Source of the DNA: Oscillospiraceae bacterium
GTDB lineage: Bacteria > Bacillota > Clostridia > Oscillospirales > CAG-272
NCBI GenBank assembly: GCA_015064545.1
Contig: SVSA01000002.1
Span: 1 to 58,331 of the forward strand
Length of the DNA stretch: 58,331 nt
Direction of reading: 5' to 3'
Shown: positions 16,715 through 26,895 of the stretch, piece after piece
Layout of the letters: each line of letters begins with the position of its first letter
Numbering within the stretch: position 1 is the first letter of the stretch
Notes under the pieces: model-generated
Databases searched by the model: none
Told to the model about the DNA's origin: nothing
Seen by the model: only the letters and a program-made list of their open reading frames with translations
Program-made: the position numbers and the translations under genes

Positions 16715-17341
16715 ATGACCGGAAAAGAACGCTGTCGCATTTTAAAGGATATCCGTAAACAGATTGCGAAAGAAAACGAGATTGCCGATATCACGGCAGA
16801 ATGTACGCACAAGGGCGATTGTCTCGGTACCTGTCCCCGTTGTGAAAGCGAGGTGCGCTATTTGGAGCGTGAGCTGGAGAAGCGTCGCTTACTTGGTAAA
16901 ACCGTAACGGTAGCCGGTCTTGCGATTGCTGTGACCGCGGTATCGAGCGGCTGTGTCAAAAGCGGTATCACCGAAACGCAGGGCGATATGATTGGCCCCG
17001 GGAATTCGCCGTCTTTCACGGATACGACTGCGCCGCTTTCGAGTGAGGTCGCGGAGCTCGGCGAGATTTTGATGGGCGATATTGCCTATCTGCCGCCGCC
17101 TACGATCGAAGAGCTCAAAACCGTGCTTGCCGATCGGTTGAACGAGTCGCTTCTTCACTGTTATCGCGACGATATCCGCACGGCCTATCGGAACGAGGTG
17201 ATCGCATGGCATGAAGATTACGATGTCTATCGCTGGAACGATGAGGGGGACACTTTGGTGATTGCGTACGATGATGATGGCTTTTGTGTCTCGGCCGGGC
17301 TTGCCGTTGCAGAAGCGGACGATTCTGCGGTTACCTCGTGA
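16715..17341 (+). CDS. membrane protein with an N-terminal Cys-rich zinc-ribbon-like cytoplasmic domain
   Basis: ECTHKGDCLGTCPRCE (H-x3-C-x3-C-x2-C), one TM (VTVAGLAIAVTAVSSGC) and an extracytoplasmic C-terminal domain. No family assigned confidently. Confidence 0.6.
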   Translation: MTGKERCRILKDIRKQIAKENEIADITAECTHKGDCLGTCPRCESEVRYLERELEKRRLLGKTVTVAGLAIAVTAVSSGCVKSGITETQGDMIGPGNSPSFTDTTAPLSSEVAELGEILMGDIAYLPPPTIEELKTVLADRLNESLLHCYRDDIRTAYRNEVIAWHEDYDVYRWNDEGDTLVIAYDDDGFCVSAGLAVAEADDSAVTS

Positions 17342-17961
17342 AGACGCTGTCGGCTCCGTTTATCGGGATTATTCGTCATCGGATGGGTCTTGATGGAAAG
17401 GGCATTGTGACCTTGGCCGGCTTTTACGGCTGTCCTCTTCGCTGTCGCTATTGCCTGAATCCGCAGGCCTTTTCCGAAACAACCAAGCCGAGAGTATTAA
17501 CCGTTGAGGCCTTTCACGATATGGTCAAGGTCGACAGGCTGTACCATCTGGCGACGGGAGGCGGTGTGACCTTCGGCGGCGGAGAGCCGCTTTTATATGC
17601 CAAGTTCATACGCGCGTATCGGCAGCTGTGCGGACCGGAAATACGCCTTTGTCTTGAAACCTCGCTACACGCCTCGTGGGAGGCCGTAGCGATGGTTGCC
17701 GATACGGTGGATCATTTTTATATTGACATCAAGGACTGCGACCCCGCCGTCTATCTTGCCTATACCGGTCGGGATAATGCACCGGTGTTGAATAATCTGA
17801 GACGTCTTGCCGAAACCATAGCGACCGATCGCGTAACCGTGCGCTTACCCTTAATTCCCGGCTTTCATGACGAAGCCAAGCGATGCGCGAGTGAGCAGAT
17901 GCTTCGCGCGATGGGATATCAGCAGTTTGACCGCTTTGTCTATCGGGTACCCTCGGAGTAA
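17338..17961 (+). CDS. radical SAM protein, glycyl-radical-enzyme activase-like
   Basis: GCPLRCRYCLNPQ (CxxxCxxC) and GGGVTFGGGEPLL. Start placed at GTG overlapping the upstream stop (GTGA); ATG alternatives are at 17284 and 17383. Confidence 0.75.
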   Translation: MKTLSAPFIGIIRHRMGLDGKGIVTLAGFYGCPLRCRYCLNPQAFSETTKPRVLTVEAFHDMVKVDRLYHLATGGGVTFGGGEPLLYAKFIRAYRQLCGPEIRLCLETSLHASWEAVAMVADTVDHFYIDIKDCDPAVYLAYTGRDNAPVLNNLRRLAETIATDRVTVRLPLIPGFHDEAKRCASEQMLRAMGYQQFDRFVYRVPSE

Positions 17962-18046
17962 AAGACGAAGAAAACGAAAAGAGAGCCGACGAAGCATCGG
18001 CTCTCTTTGCTATCACGGAAGAAATTGGAAAAAAGGAAAAACGCGG

Positions 18047-18808
18047 TTACTGCTCGGGTTCGGGTGTTGGTTCCCGATAATCCAAGAGTGTAAGCGGATC
18101 AATCGGCTTACCGTTTAGCTCCAGTTCAAAATGCAGGTGCGGCTCCTCCGCAATTTCAACAATTGCGCTTTCACCGATCGAGCCGATGGCCTGTCCCGCA
18201 TAGACGGTAGCGCCTTCGCGAATGCCGTCGGCCGGTTCCTCGGCCAGGTTGTAATACCGTGAGACAAGGCCGTCGCCGTGGTCGATGGTGATCGAATATC
18301 CCATGAAGGGATCTTTTCCGATCAGCGTTACCGTCCCGTAAGCGCAAGCCAGAACATCATCCCCCATGTTTCCGGAGAGGTCGACTCCGTAATGGACACG
18401 GTAATCGTTCATCGTTACCGAGAAAACCGCGTTTACCAGATCATGACGCTTGGTAACAGTGCCGTTCAGCGGCATCATCACCTTTAAGGTTGTCCAGTCC
18501 TTGGCGGGCGGGGTGTCGGTAGGCTTGGCATCCTCGGTGTCGGAGGGATCCGAGGGGGTGACATCGACCGGCTTGTTGGTTTCGGCATCGGAGGGCTTGT
18601 TCTCGGTGTCGGAGGGCTTGGGGGACGGCTTGTCGGTGTTTTGCGGAAGCTTGGTGTCGGGGGTGTCGGTCAGGACAGGGGGTGTTGCGGCTTCGCGGGA
18701 GCCGCCAAAAAAGGTGTACATCGTCACGCACAGGATGGTAACTGCCATCAGTGTGAGAGCAATGTAAACAATCCGTCCGATCAGGGTTCGTTTCTGACTG
18801 TAATTCAT
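18047..18808 (-). CDS. membrane-anchored M23 (LytM-type) metallopeptidase
   Basis: N-terminal TM, Pro/Thr/Asp-rich linker, HYGVDLSG and HLHFELELNGKPIDP motifs. Confidence 0.85.
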   Translation of the reverse strand: MNYSQKRTLIGRIVYIALTLMAVTILCVTMYTFFGGSREAATPPVLTDTPDTKLPQNTDKPSPKPSDTENKPSDAETNKPVDVTPSDPSDTEDAKPTDTPPAKDWTTLKVMMPLNGTVTKRHDLVNAVFSVTMNDYRVHYGVDLSGNMGDDVLACAYGTVTLIGKDPFMGYSITIDHGDGLVSRYYNLAEEPADGIREGATVYAGQAIGSIGESAIVEIAEEPHLHFELELNGKPIDPLTLLDYREPTPEPEQ

Positions 18809-18917
18809 ACGGAGAATCTTCCTTTCAGCATGAAATGATTTGGCTTTCGAGAATATTCTTGCCGTGAATTCCTCTTTTATTCATGCAATGAAAAAAGAGC
18901 TGTCAGGGAATGAAAAA

Positions 18918-18966
18918 GAATGGAAAACAGAACACGCGACATCCTGTTTTTCCGATGTCGCGTGTT
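18918..18966 (-). terminator. terminator of the HIT gene
   Basis: 13-bp perfect stem aacacgcgacatc/gatgtcgcgtgtt, T-rich on the minus strand. Confidence 0.7.
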
Positions 18967-18972
18967 GCATAA

Positions 18973-19308
18973 TCAGTTCATGGTTTCCGAGAGCTGTTTG
19001 CCCCCGAGAAGGTGGAAATGGAGATGCGGAACCGATTGGCAGGCATCGGGACCGCAGTTGGAAACGAGGCGATAGCCGTTGACAAGTCCGGCCTCTTTGG
19101 CAATCGAAGGGATGCATTCAAAAAGGTGCGTGACAACGGCGCTGTTTTCGGGGGTAATACCGTCAAGAGAGGGAATGTGAATTTTCGGAATGACCAGCAC
19201 ATGAACGGGCGCTTGGGGATTGATATCACGGAAGGCCAAGATCGTCTCATCCTCATAAACCTTGTTTGAAGGAATCTCTCCTGCGGCGATTTTGCAAAAC
19301 AAACACAT
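18973..19308 (-). CDS. HIT-family (histidine triad) nucleotide hydrolase
   Basis: CLFCKI...HVLVIPK...VPHLHFHLLGG (HxHxHxx). Confidence 0.9.
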   Translation of the reverse strand: MCLFCKIAAGEIPSNKVYEDETILAFRDINPQAPVHVLVIPKIHIPSLDGITPENSAVVTHLFECIPSIAKEAGLVNGYRLVSNCGPDACQSVPHLHFHLLGGKQLSETMN

Positions 19309-19357
19309 AATTTTTGGTTCCTTTCACGTTTTTTTCATTTCGCTTGCCGTAAAAATA

Positions 19358-19386
19358 TTGACAAACGCTTGTAAGTGCGATATAAT
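19358..19386 (+). promoter_or_regulatory. sigma-A-type promoter
   Basis: TTGACA, 17 nt, TATAAT. Confidence 0.6.
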
Positions 19387-19429
19387 GGAAATACTAACTG
19401 TATTATAACAAAACGGAGGACTTCTGTCA

Positions 19430-19630
19430 ATGGTAGTAACGAAAGATACAATTATCGGTGACATTCTCGATCATGATGCCGGTACGGCTCAGTTCTTCTT
19501 CGAGATCGGAATGCACTGTCTTGGTTGCCCCGCTTCGAGAGGGGAAAGCATTGAAGCCGCCTGCATGGTTCACGGTACCGATGCCGACGCACTCGTGACC
19601 AAGATCAACGACTATCTGAGCACGAAATGA
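19430..19630 (+). CDS. DUF1858 / hybrid-cluster-protein-associated redox disulfide domain protein
   Basis: 66 aa with TIIGDIL...FFEIGMHCLGCPAS...IEAAC..HG. Confidence 0.75.
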   Translation: MVVTKDTIIGDILDHDAGTAQFFFEIGMHCLGCPASRGESIEAACMVHGTDADALVTKINDYLSTK

Positions 19631-19683
19631 ACGAAGGGCTGCGACCGTCGGGGATTGCCGTCGGCGCAGCTCTTGTTTTTTCT

Positions 19684-20403
19684 ATGAAACAGAAGAGGAT
19701 ATCACTCGGACGGCGCCTGGGTGCCATCGCCGCCGAGGTCAGAGAGGGCGTTGTTCTTTATGATGTCGGCACCGATCATGCTTATCTGCCGGTGTTCTTA
19801 CTTGGTATCGGGCGGATTTCTTGCGCGGTTGCCTCGGATGTTGTGCCGGGGCCGCTGGCACGTGCCGCCGAAACCGTCAAGCGTGCCGGTATGACGGAGC
19901 AGATCACCCTGCATTTGGCCGACGGCTTACAGGGTATCGCTCTTACCCGCCCCTGCGATATCACAATGGCCGGTATGGGCGGTGAGCTGATTGCCTCGAT
20001 TCTTGAGGCGGCGCCTCAGGTTCGGGCAGAAGGAGTACGCTTGATTCTTCAGCCGATGACAAAGCCCGAGAACCTTCGCCGCTATCTTGCCGCTCACGGC
20101 TTTGCCGTTGAACGGGAGAAGGTGGTTGAGGAGGGAAAACTCTATGAAATCATGGTTTGTCACTATGATGGCATCCCCTATCCCTTGAGCGAGGAGGAGG
20201 CACTTCTCGGCCGTTATTGCATGCGTTGCGAGGACGATGCTTTTGTCGCCTTGCTGTCGCGAAAGAGGGAAGTGCTGCGTCGCAAGGCAGATGGACAGCG
20301 GCAGGGGGGAGAAACCGATCCCGCCTTGCTTGCTCTGCTTGAGACACTTGACACGCTTGCCGCACGGCTCCTATCATCCGAAGCGAAAGGAAAAATTCTA
20401 TGA
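19684..20403 (+). CDS. trmK: tRNA (adenine22-N1)-methyltransferase
   Basis: Start at MKQKRISLGRRL (TrmK proteins begin ..LSKRL). DVGTDHAYLP, MAGMGGELI, LILQP. Followed by nif3 as in Bacillus yqfN-yqfO. Confidence 0.85.
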   Translation: MKQKRISLGRRLGAIAAEVREGVVLYDVGTDHAYLPVFLLGIGRISCAVASDVVPGPLARAAETVKRAGMTEQITLHLADGLQGIALTRPCDITMAGMGGELIASILEAAPQVRAEGVRLILQPMTKPENLRRYLAAHGFAVEREKVVEEGKLYEIMVCHYDGIPYPLSEEEALLGRYCMRCEDDAFVALLSRKREVLRRKADGQRQGGETDPALLALLETLDTLAARLLSSEAKGKIL

Positions 20404-21146
20404 GAGTAGCTGAACTGTATACCCGTTTATCGGCTGAGATTCCGGATCACTTATCCTGTGATTGGGATAATGACGGCTTGATGTGCTGTCCCGATTATGG
20501 AGCCGAGGTCAAGCGTGTTTTGCTGACGCTTGATGTAACCGATGACGCGGTTGACTATGCTGTTGCGGGCGGTTACGATACGATTGTGTCGCATCACCCG
20601 ATGATTTTTCGCAAGCTGAAAGGAATTACCGAGCCAAAACATATCAAGCTGATTCTGAACGGCATTGCTGTCATGTCCTTTCATACTCGTTTGGATCTTG
20701 TGGAGGGAGGCGTCAACGATGTGCTCGCGGCACGCTTTGCGCTGCGAGATACGGCGCGCTTTACCGCTGAGGGGATTGGTGTGATCGGAACGCTTCCCGG
20801 TCCGCTGGCACCATCCGTGTTTGCCGAGCAGATCAAAAAGACGCTGGGTGTCCCGATGATGGAGACCATTATGACCGATACGCCGTGTCACCGTGTGGCG
20901 GTGGTCGGCGGCGACGGTAAGGATTTTGTGCCGGAGGTGCTTGCCTCGGGCGCGGATACGTATCTTGTCGGTGCTTTGAACTATAATACCTTATCCGATC
21001 TTCTCGGACGAGGGGTGAATGTCTTTGTGGCAGGACATTATTACACCGAGCAACCGGTACTGGCCGCCTTGGCTGATCGTGTATGCCGCTTGGACAGTAC
21101 GATTGTCTGCACGGTTTTTGAATGTAATCGAATCCGAATACTTTAA
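20400..21146 (+). CDS. Nif3-like dinuclear metal centre protein (YqfO family)
   Basis: WDNDGL, VSHHPMIF and GHYYTE motifs. 4-nt overlap with trmK. Confidence 0.85.
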   Translation: MRVAELYTRLSAEIPDHLSCDWDNDGLMCCPDYGAEVKRVLLTLDVTDDAVDYAVAGGYDTIVSHHPMIFRKLKGITEPKHIKLILNGIAVMSFHTRLDLVEGGVNDVLAARFALRDTARFTAEGIGVIGTLPGPLAPSVFAEQIKKTLGVPMMETIMTDTPCHRVAVVGGDGKDFVPEVLASGADTYLVGALNYNTLSDLLGRGVNVFVAGHYYTEQPVLAALADRVCRLDSTIVCTVFECNRIRIL

Positions 21147-21158
21147 GGAGAAAAAACA

Positions 21159-22928
21159 ATGAGAAAAACAAAAATTATCTGTACCCTCGGTCCTGCCAGC
21201 AGTAGCGAGGAGATCATTCGCGAGCTGATTCTGACCGGTATGGATGTGGCACGCATCAATTTTTCGCACGGCGAATACCATGAGCATAAGGCTAAGGTCG
21301 ATATTGTTAAAAAGGTTCGCGCAGAGCTCGGCGTACATACGGCATTGCTTTTGGATACCAAGGGCCCTGAAATCCGACTGAAAAAGTTTGCAGAGGGTAA
21401 GGTGACGCTCAAAACCGGAAACAGCTTTACCTTATATATGGACGAGCGAACGGGGGATGAGAACGGTGTTTCGATCACCTACGCCGGCCTGTGGCGCGAC
21501 GTTTCGGTCGGCGGACGTATTTTGGTGGATGACGGTCTGATTGAGCTGGTGGTGGAATCGGTTTGCGAAAAGGCCATTACCTGCCGTGTCAAGAATGGGG
21601 GCGCTCTCTCCGACCGCAAGGGCATCAATGTGCCCGGTGTCCGTCTTTCCATTCCGTTTTTGAGTGAGCGTGATAAGCAGGATATTGCATTCGGCGTGGA
21701 GCAGGGCTTTGATTTTATTGCCGCTTCCTTCACGCAGAGTGCCGAGGATATCCGCTCGATTCGCGGCGAGCTGGATCGCCATGGGTGTCGCACCATTCGC
21801 ATTATTGCCAAGATTGAAAATGCGGCAGGTGTTGAGAATATCGACGAGATTCTGAATGAGGCAGACGGCATCATGATCGCTCGCGGCGATCTGGGCGCCG
21901 AGGTGCCGATGGAGAATATCCCGATTCTGCAAAAGCAGTTGATTTCGAAATGCTATAATGCCGGTAAGCAGGTTATTACGGCGACGCAAATGCTCGAAAG
22001 CATGACCAAGAATCCTCGTCCTACCCGTGCCGAAATTACCGACGTTGCGAATGCGATTTATGACGGTACCAGTGCCACGATGCTGTCAGGAGAAACGGCA
22101 ATGGGTAAATACCCGATCGAAGCGGTTCGCCGTATGGCAACGATTGCTTTGCGTACCGAAGGGGACATTGATTATAAGAAGCGTTTCTTTGAGAGTCGCT
22201 ACGGTGGCTTTACCAACGTGACCGATGCCATTTCGCATGCGACCTGTACGACTGCTCACGATTTGGGCGCTAAGGCGATTATTACGGTGACGACCTCAGG
22301 CTTTACGGCGCGTCTTCTCAGCCGCTTCCGTCCGCAAACCGATATTATCGGTTGCTCGCCCTCGCCGGAGGCTTGCCGCCACATGAATCTTTCCTGGGGT
22401 GTTATCCCGCTTTTGGTGGATAAGGTTGCCGAAAGCTCGGAGGAGCTTTTGGATATGGCGGTGGATGAGGTCTTTGAGGCAGGACATGTTGCTTATGGTG
22501 ATCTTGTTGTGATTACAGCCGGATTGCCGCTTGGGGTTTCGGGTACAACCAATATGCTGAAGGTTCAGATGGTGGGTGATGTGCTGTTGGCCGGTCACGG
22601 TGTCGGCGATCTTTCTGTCTGCGGTCAGCTGTGTGTTTGTGACTGTGACGAAGCCGCCCTGAAGTGTTTCCGCAGCGGCGATATTTTGGTGGTTCCCTCG
22701 GCCTCGGATAAGATTATCAGCGTGCTTCGCCATGCCTCGGCTATTATTTGTGAGCGCGGCGGCGACGATTCGTATGCGGCTATCGTAGGAAAAACACTCA
22801 ATATTCCCGTGATTGTCGGAGCCGAAAATGCAACCAAGATTCTCAAATCGGGAATCACGGTTACCGTGGATGGCAAGCGCGGTATGGTGTATTGTAACGA
22901 AAAGCATCCGGACGATTGCGGATGCTGA
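21159..22928 (+). CDS. pyk: pyruvate kinase with a C-terminal PEP-utilizer mobile domain
   Basis: MRKTKIICTLGPA, NFSHG, MIARGDLG.E and TQMLESM motifs. ~110-aa C-terminal extension as in Bacillus/Geobacillus PK. Confidence 0.95.
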   Translation: MRKTKIICTLGPASSSEEIIRELILTGMDVARINFSHGEYHEHKAKVDIVKKVRAELGVHTALLLDTKGPEIRLKKFAEGKVTLKTGNSFTLYMDERTGDENGVSITYAGLWRDVSVGGRILVDDGLIELVVESVCEKAITCRVKNGGALSDRKGINVPGVRLSIPFLSERDKQDIAFGVEQGFDFIAASFTQSAEDIRSIRGELDRHGCRTIRIIAKIENAAGVENIDEILNEADGIMIARGDLGAEVPMENIPILQKQLISKCYNAGKQVITATQMLESMTKNPRPTRAEITDVANAIYDGTSATMLSGETAMGKYPIEAVRRMATIALRTEGDIDYKKRFFESRYGGFTNVTDAISHATCTTAHDLGAKAIITVTTSGFTARLLSRFRPQTDIIGCSPSPEACRHMNLSWGVIPLLVDKVAESSEELLDMAVDEVFEAGHVAYGDLVVITAGLPLGVSGTTNMLKVQMVGDVLLAGHGVGDLSVCGQLCVCDCDEAALKCFRSGDILVVPSASDKIISVLRHASAIICERGGDDSYAAIVGKTLNIPVIVGAENATKILKSGITVTVDGKRGMVYCNEKHPDDCGC

Positions 22929-22979
22929 TAGACAAGGGGGCAGAATGCCCCTTTGTCATTCTCTTGAAAGGAGCCTCTC

Positions 22980-23381
22980 ATGGAGCCTTCGCACATTACC
23001 GGAACGGCCGGAGAAGCCGCAGCCTGTGACTATTTGATACAGAACGGATATACGGTGCTTTGCCGAAATTTCCGTGCGGCACACGATGAGATCGACATCA
23101 TTGCCGAAAGCGAGACATATATTGTATTCGTTGAGGTCAAAACCCGAACGGCCAAAACGAAAAGCGCCTACGGTCGTCCGGCATCTGCTGTGACAGCCAA
23201 GAAACGGGCGTGCTTGGCGCGTGCGGCACAGGCCTATATCCGAACGCGGCGCACCGACAAATTCTATCGCTTTGATGTCATCGAGGTGCTTCTCTGTCAT
23301 AAGCCGGTAACAGGAGAGGGCTATTATGAAATCAATCATATGAAGGGTGTGTTCGGCGCCGGCGGAAAAATCTGGATTTGA
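22980..23381 (+). CDS. YraN-family (UPF0102) endonuclease-like protein
   Basis: GEAAACDYLIQNGYTVLCRNFR..HDEIDIIAE...IVFVEVKTR. Confidence 0.85.
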   Translation: MEPSHITGTAGEAAACDYLIQNGYTVLCRNFRAAHDEIDIIAESETYIVFVEVKTRTAKTKSAYGRPASAVTAKKRACLARAAQAYIRTRRTDKFYRFDVIEVLLCHKPVTGEGYYEINHMKGVFGAGGKIWI

Positions 23382-23392
23382 GAGGCGTTTTT

Positions 23393-24265
23393 ATGAAGCT
23401 TTTTGATTTGCATTGCGATACCCTGACCGAGATCCGACGAAAAAAAGAACGGCTTTCCAACAACAGCGGCCAGGTAGCCTTGGACCGTGCGCTTGCGGCG
23501 TTTGAGACATATACGCAGGTGATGGCGATCTGGAGCGAGAACGAGCTTGACGGCGAGGAAAACTACCGTCGCTTCGACGAAACGCTCCGCTATGCGCTTC
23601 CGATGCTGACGGCAGAGCGCTTTCATCCGATTCTGGCAGTCGAGGGCGGAAAGCTGCTCGGCGAGGATCTGACGAGGCTCGATCATCTGGCGTCTTGTGG
23701 GGTGAAAGTGTTAACGCTTGTCTGGAAGGATACCTGTGCCATCGGGGGTGCTTACAATACCCGGGAGGGTTTGACCGCATTTGGCCGGCAAGTGGTGGAG
23801 CGTTGCTTTTCGCTTGGTATCGTGCCCGATCTTTCCCATGCCTCCGATCAGATGTTTTGGCAGACCGCAGCGATTGCGGAACGGTATGGAAAGCCCATTC
23901 TTGTCAGTCACTCCTGCGCGCGTTTCCTGCATTCACACCCGCGGAATCTGACCGATGAGATGGCTAAGCGCGTGGCTGAATTGGGCGGTGTGATCGGGGT
24001 GAACCTGGTGCCTGATCATCTCGGATCGTCTTCGCTTGAGGCTGTTTGTGCGCATCTTTCTCATCTTGCTTCGGTTGCTGGAGAGGGAGCGGTGTGCCTC
24101 GGTTGCGATCTCGATGGGACAACCGCACTGCCGGAGGGGATTCGCGGCATCGAAGATCTTCCGAAACTGTGGACGATCCTAAGTCATAATTCCTACCCCG
24201 ACGGCTTTGCCGAAAAGGTTTTTTATTCAAATGCACAAACTTTTGCAAAAGCACATCTTTTTTGA
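23393..24265 (+). CDS. M19-family dipeptidase-like metallohydrolase
   Basis: FDLHCDTL start motif and DLSHASD. Start chosen at the second Met; 23378 is possible. Confidence 0.75.
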   Translation: MKLFDLHCDTLTEIRRKKERLSNNSGQVALDRALAAFETYTQVMAIWSENELDGEENYRRFDETLRYALPMLTAERFHPILAVEGGKLLGEDLTRLDHLASCGVKVLTLVWKDTCAIGGAYNTREGLTAFGRQVVERCFSLGIVPDLSHASDQMFWQTAAIAERYGKPILVSHSCARFLHSHPRNLTDEMAKRVAELGGVIGVNLVPDHLGSSSLEAVCAHLSHLASVAGEGAVCLGCDLDGTTALPEGIRGIEDLPKLWTILSHNSYPDGFAEKVFYSNAQTFAKAHLF

Positions 24266-24333
24266 TGACAAGCGCAAAAAAATCGCTATAATAATAAGTA
24301 AGATACTATTCCAAGCAAAGGATTGTTCAAATT

Positions 24334-25824
24334 ATGAAGTATATCAGTACCAGAGGAGCCTCCGAGCCTTGCACCTCGGCAGAAGCGATCAAGAAGGGGC
24401 TTGCCGCGGATGGCGGTCTCTATTTTCCCGATGAAATGCCGCTTTTGTCCGCCGAGGAGCTGACGGCGCTTTGTGAGGCAGACTATGCCGTACGTGCCGC
24501 TACGATTATGCATAAGTTCTTAGCGGATGCCTATTCCTACGAGGAGCTTTTAGACGAGTGCCGTGAGGCCTATCGCGAGGAGAGCTTCCCCGGCGGACCC
24601 GCCCCCATTGCTTCGCTTGGCGATACGCTGCGTGTACTTGAGCTGTGGCACGGTCCGACGGCGGCCTTTAAGGATATGGCGTTGCAGATTATGCCCCGCT
24701 TGTTCGTTCGTGCGGTTAAAAAGACGGGCGATTCGCGCCGTGCGCTTATTTTGGTGGCTACCTCCGGTGATACCGGAAAAGCGGCGCTTGAGGGCTATCG
24801 CGATGTCGAGGGCGTTGGTATTTCGGTCTTCTATCCGGTCAACGGCGTCAGCCGTGTGCAGAAGCTGCAGATGGCAACCCAAGAGGGAAGGAATGTTGAG
24901 GTTCACTCGGTTATCGGCAACTTCGATGATGCCCAAAACGGTGTCAAGAAGATCTTCTCGGATCCCGAAACGGCCGAAAAGCTGAACGAGCGCGGAATCT
25001 TCCTCTCGTCGGCGAATTCGATCAACTGGGGTCGCTTGGTGCCGCAGGTGGTGTATTATGTGTCGGCCTACTGTGATCTTGTGAAGTGCGGCGACATTGC
25101 TATGGGTGAGGAGATCAATGTTACCGTCCCGACCGGAAACTTCGGTAACATTCTTGCGGCCTATATTGCCAAGAATATGGGCTTGCCGATTCATAGTTTT
25201 GTCTGTGCGTCCAATCGGAACAATGTCCTCACCGATTTCTTTGAAACGGGTGTGTATGATCGCAACCGTGCTTTCCATACCACAACCTCCCCGTCGATGG
25301 ATATTCTCATTTCCAGCAATTTGGAGCGTCTGTTGTTCTTGACGTGCGGTGAGACCGAGACGGCCTCGTATATGGAGGCCCTGAAAACAACCGGGCGCTA
25401 TACTGTCACCGATCGCGTGAAGCGAATCCTGGATCGCGAGTTTGTTGGCGGATCCTGCGACGAGGACGGAACGGCTGAGGAAATTCGCAAAATTCATCAA
25501 ACCTATGGCTATCTCTGCGATACCCATACCGCAGTCGGTCTTGCTTGTGCTGAGCGGTATATGGCAACTGTGGACGGAAAACGCAAAATGCTGGCGGTTT
25601 CGACGGCATCACCCTATAAGTTCTCTCCGGCGGTGCTGAAGGCGCTGACCGGTGAGGTTCCTGTCAATGAGCTGGATGCGATGGCGCGTCTGACCGAGCT
25701 GACCGGTGTGATGGTCCCCGCGCCGCTTGCCGGTATTGCCGCGAAGGCCATCCGCTTTGATCCCGATGACGCGATCAAAGCAGACGGCATGTCCGAGACG
25801 GTGTTGGCTTACGATCGTTTCTGA
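24334..25824 (+). CDS. thrC: threonine synthase
   Basis: MKYISTRG start and ELWHGPTAAFKDMALQ (PLP lysine), ~500-aa long form. Confidence 0.95.
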   Translation: MKYISTRGASEPCTSAEAIKKGLAADGGLYFPDEMPLLSAEELTALCEADYAVRAATIMHKFLADAYSYEELLDECREAYREESFPGGPAPIASLGDTLRVLELWHGPTAAFKDMALQIMPRLFVRAVKKTGDSRRALILVATSGDTGKAALEGYRDVEGVGISVFYPVNGVSRVQKLQMATQEGRNVEVHSVIGNFDDAQNGVKKIFSDPETAEKLNERGIFLSSANSINWGRLVPQVVYYVSAYCDLVKCGDIAMGEEINVTVPTGNFGNILAAYIAKNMGLPIHSFVCASNRNNVLTDFFETGVYDRNRAFHTTTSPSMDILISSNLERLLFLTCGETETASYMEALKTTGRYTVTDRVKRILDREFVGGSCDEDGTAEEIRKIHQTYGYLCDTHTAVGLACAERYMATVDGKRKMLAVSTASPYKFSPAVLKALTGEVPVNELDAMARLTELTGVMVPAPLAGIAAKAIRFDPDDAIKADGMSETVLAYDRF

Positions 25825-26037
25825 TCAAAGCCCCTGTCCGCGCGGCTTGAATGAAGCACAAACCGTGTCCGTGCACGAGGTGGCATAGCTGGGGCCGACC
25901 GCAATTTTGTCGGCGGTGCAGTAATTGTCACCGTCGTGATGCACGCAATTGCGAACATCGCACACGATGCCCTTGATGTGATGCGGCGGACGCGGACGGT
26001 TTTCTCTTACATCCTCGTAATTGTCAAAAAGTCCCAT
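25825..26037 (-). CDS. DUF1540 domain protein
   Basis: 70 aa, Cys-rich: CDVRNCVHHDGDNYCTADKIAVGP....CTDTVCASF. Confidence 0.7.
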   Translation of the reverse strand: MGLFDNYEDVRENRPRPPHHIKGIVCDVRNCVHHDGDNYCTADKIAVGPSYATSCTDTVCASFKPRGQGL

Positions 26038-26157
26038 GAATGTTTCCTTCCTTTTCCTAACGGTATGGCAATCGAGCGTAGAGCTCTCTGCTTGTGCCGA
26101 CAGTATGGACGAAAGAAGGTGCGATTATACGGTATTACCGACGAAAGGAGTTTTCCG

Positions 26158-26868
26158 ATGGCACTGTACACCATAGCAGATACCCATCTTTCAGGGGCGG
26201 TTCCCAAGCCCATGGATGTCTTCGGAAAACGTTGGATCGATTATGTCGATAAGTTGAAGCGCGGCTGGGAAGCGGTGGTGACACCGGAGGATACCGTGAT
26301 TTTGCCGGGGGATCTTTCGTGGGGGCTGAATTTGGCCGAAACCGAGGTCGATTTGCGCTTCATCGATGCTTTGCCGGGCAAAAAAATTATCGGCAAAGGC
26401 AATCACGATCTGTGGTGGCAATCCGAAAAAAAGCTTAGCGACTTTTTTGAGGCACAAGGGATTACCACGATTTCACTGCTTCACAACAATGCGCATTTGG
26501 TCGAGGATATGATTCTTTGCGGATCGCGCGGTTGGTTTTATGATCCGAAGCAATCGCCCGAGGGTGCCGATCCCGTCAAGATTGCGGCAAGAGAAGTGAT
26601 TCGCACCGAGCTTAGTCTTAAGGCGGGGCTTGCTCTCGATGAAGGGCAGGGCAGAGAGATTCTTCTCTTCTTCCATTTTCCGCCGGTTTATCGCGATTTT
26701 GTTTCTCGCGATCTGATCGATCTGATGAAGCGGTATGGCGTCAAGCGTTGCTTTTACGGACATTTGCATAATGCCTATGATATCCCGGCGCGCTTTTTCT
26801 TTGAGGATATTGAGATGACGATTGTTTCCGCCGATTATTTGCATTTTGTGCCTCTTCGGATTCGGTAA
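26158..26868 (+). CDS. calcineurin-like metallophosphoesterase
   Basis: Start at MALYTIADTHL (RBS gaaaggag). GDLSW, GNHD and GHLH motifs. Confidence 0.8.
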   Translation: MALYTIADTHLSGAVPKPMDVFGKRWIDYVDKLKRGWEAVVTPEDTVILPGDLSWGLNLAETEVDLRFIDALPGKKIIGKGNHDLWWQSEKKLSDFFEAQGITTISLLHNNAHLVEDMILCGSRGWFYDPKQSPEGADPVKIAAREVIRTELSLKAGLALDEGQGREILLFFHFPPVYRDFVSRDLIDLMKRYGVKRCFYGHLHNAYDIPARFFFEDIEMTIVSADYLHFVPLRIR

Positions 26869-26895
26869 AAAAATGATGAATTTTTCGTTTTTTAC

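Noticed and set aside
18047-18808. Calling the membrane-anchored M23 peptidase SpoIIQ.
   Set aside because: The architecture (N-terminal TM plus a LytM domain with intact HxxxD/HxH) is compatible with SpoIIQ but equally fits many generic M23 peptidases. There is no spoIIIA or other sporulation context adjacent.
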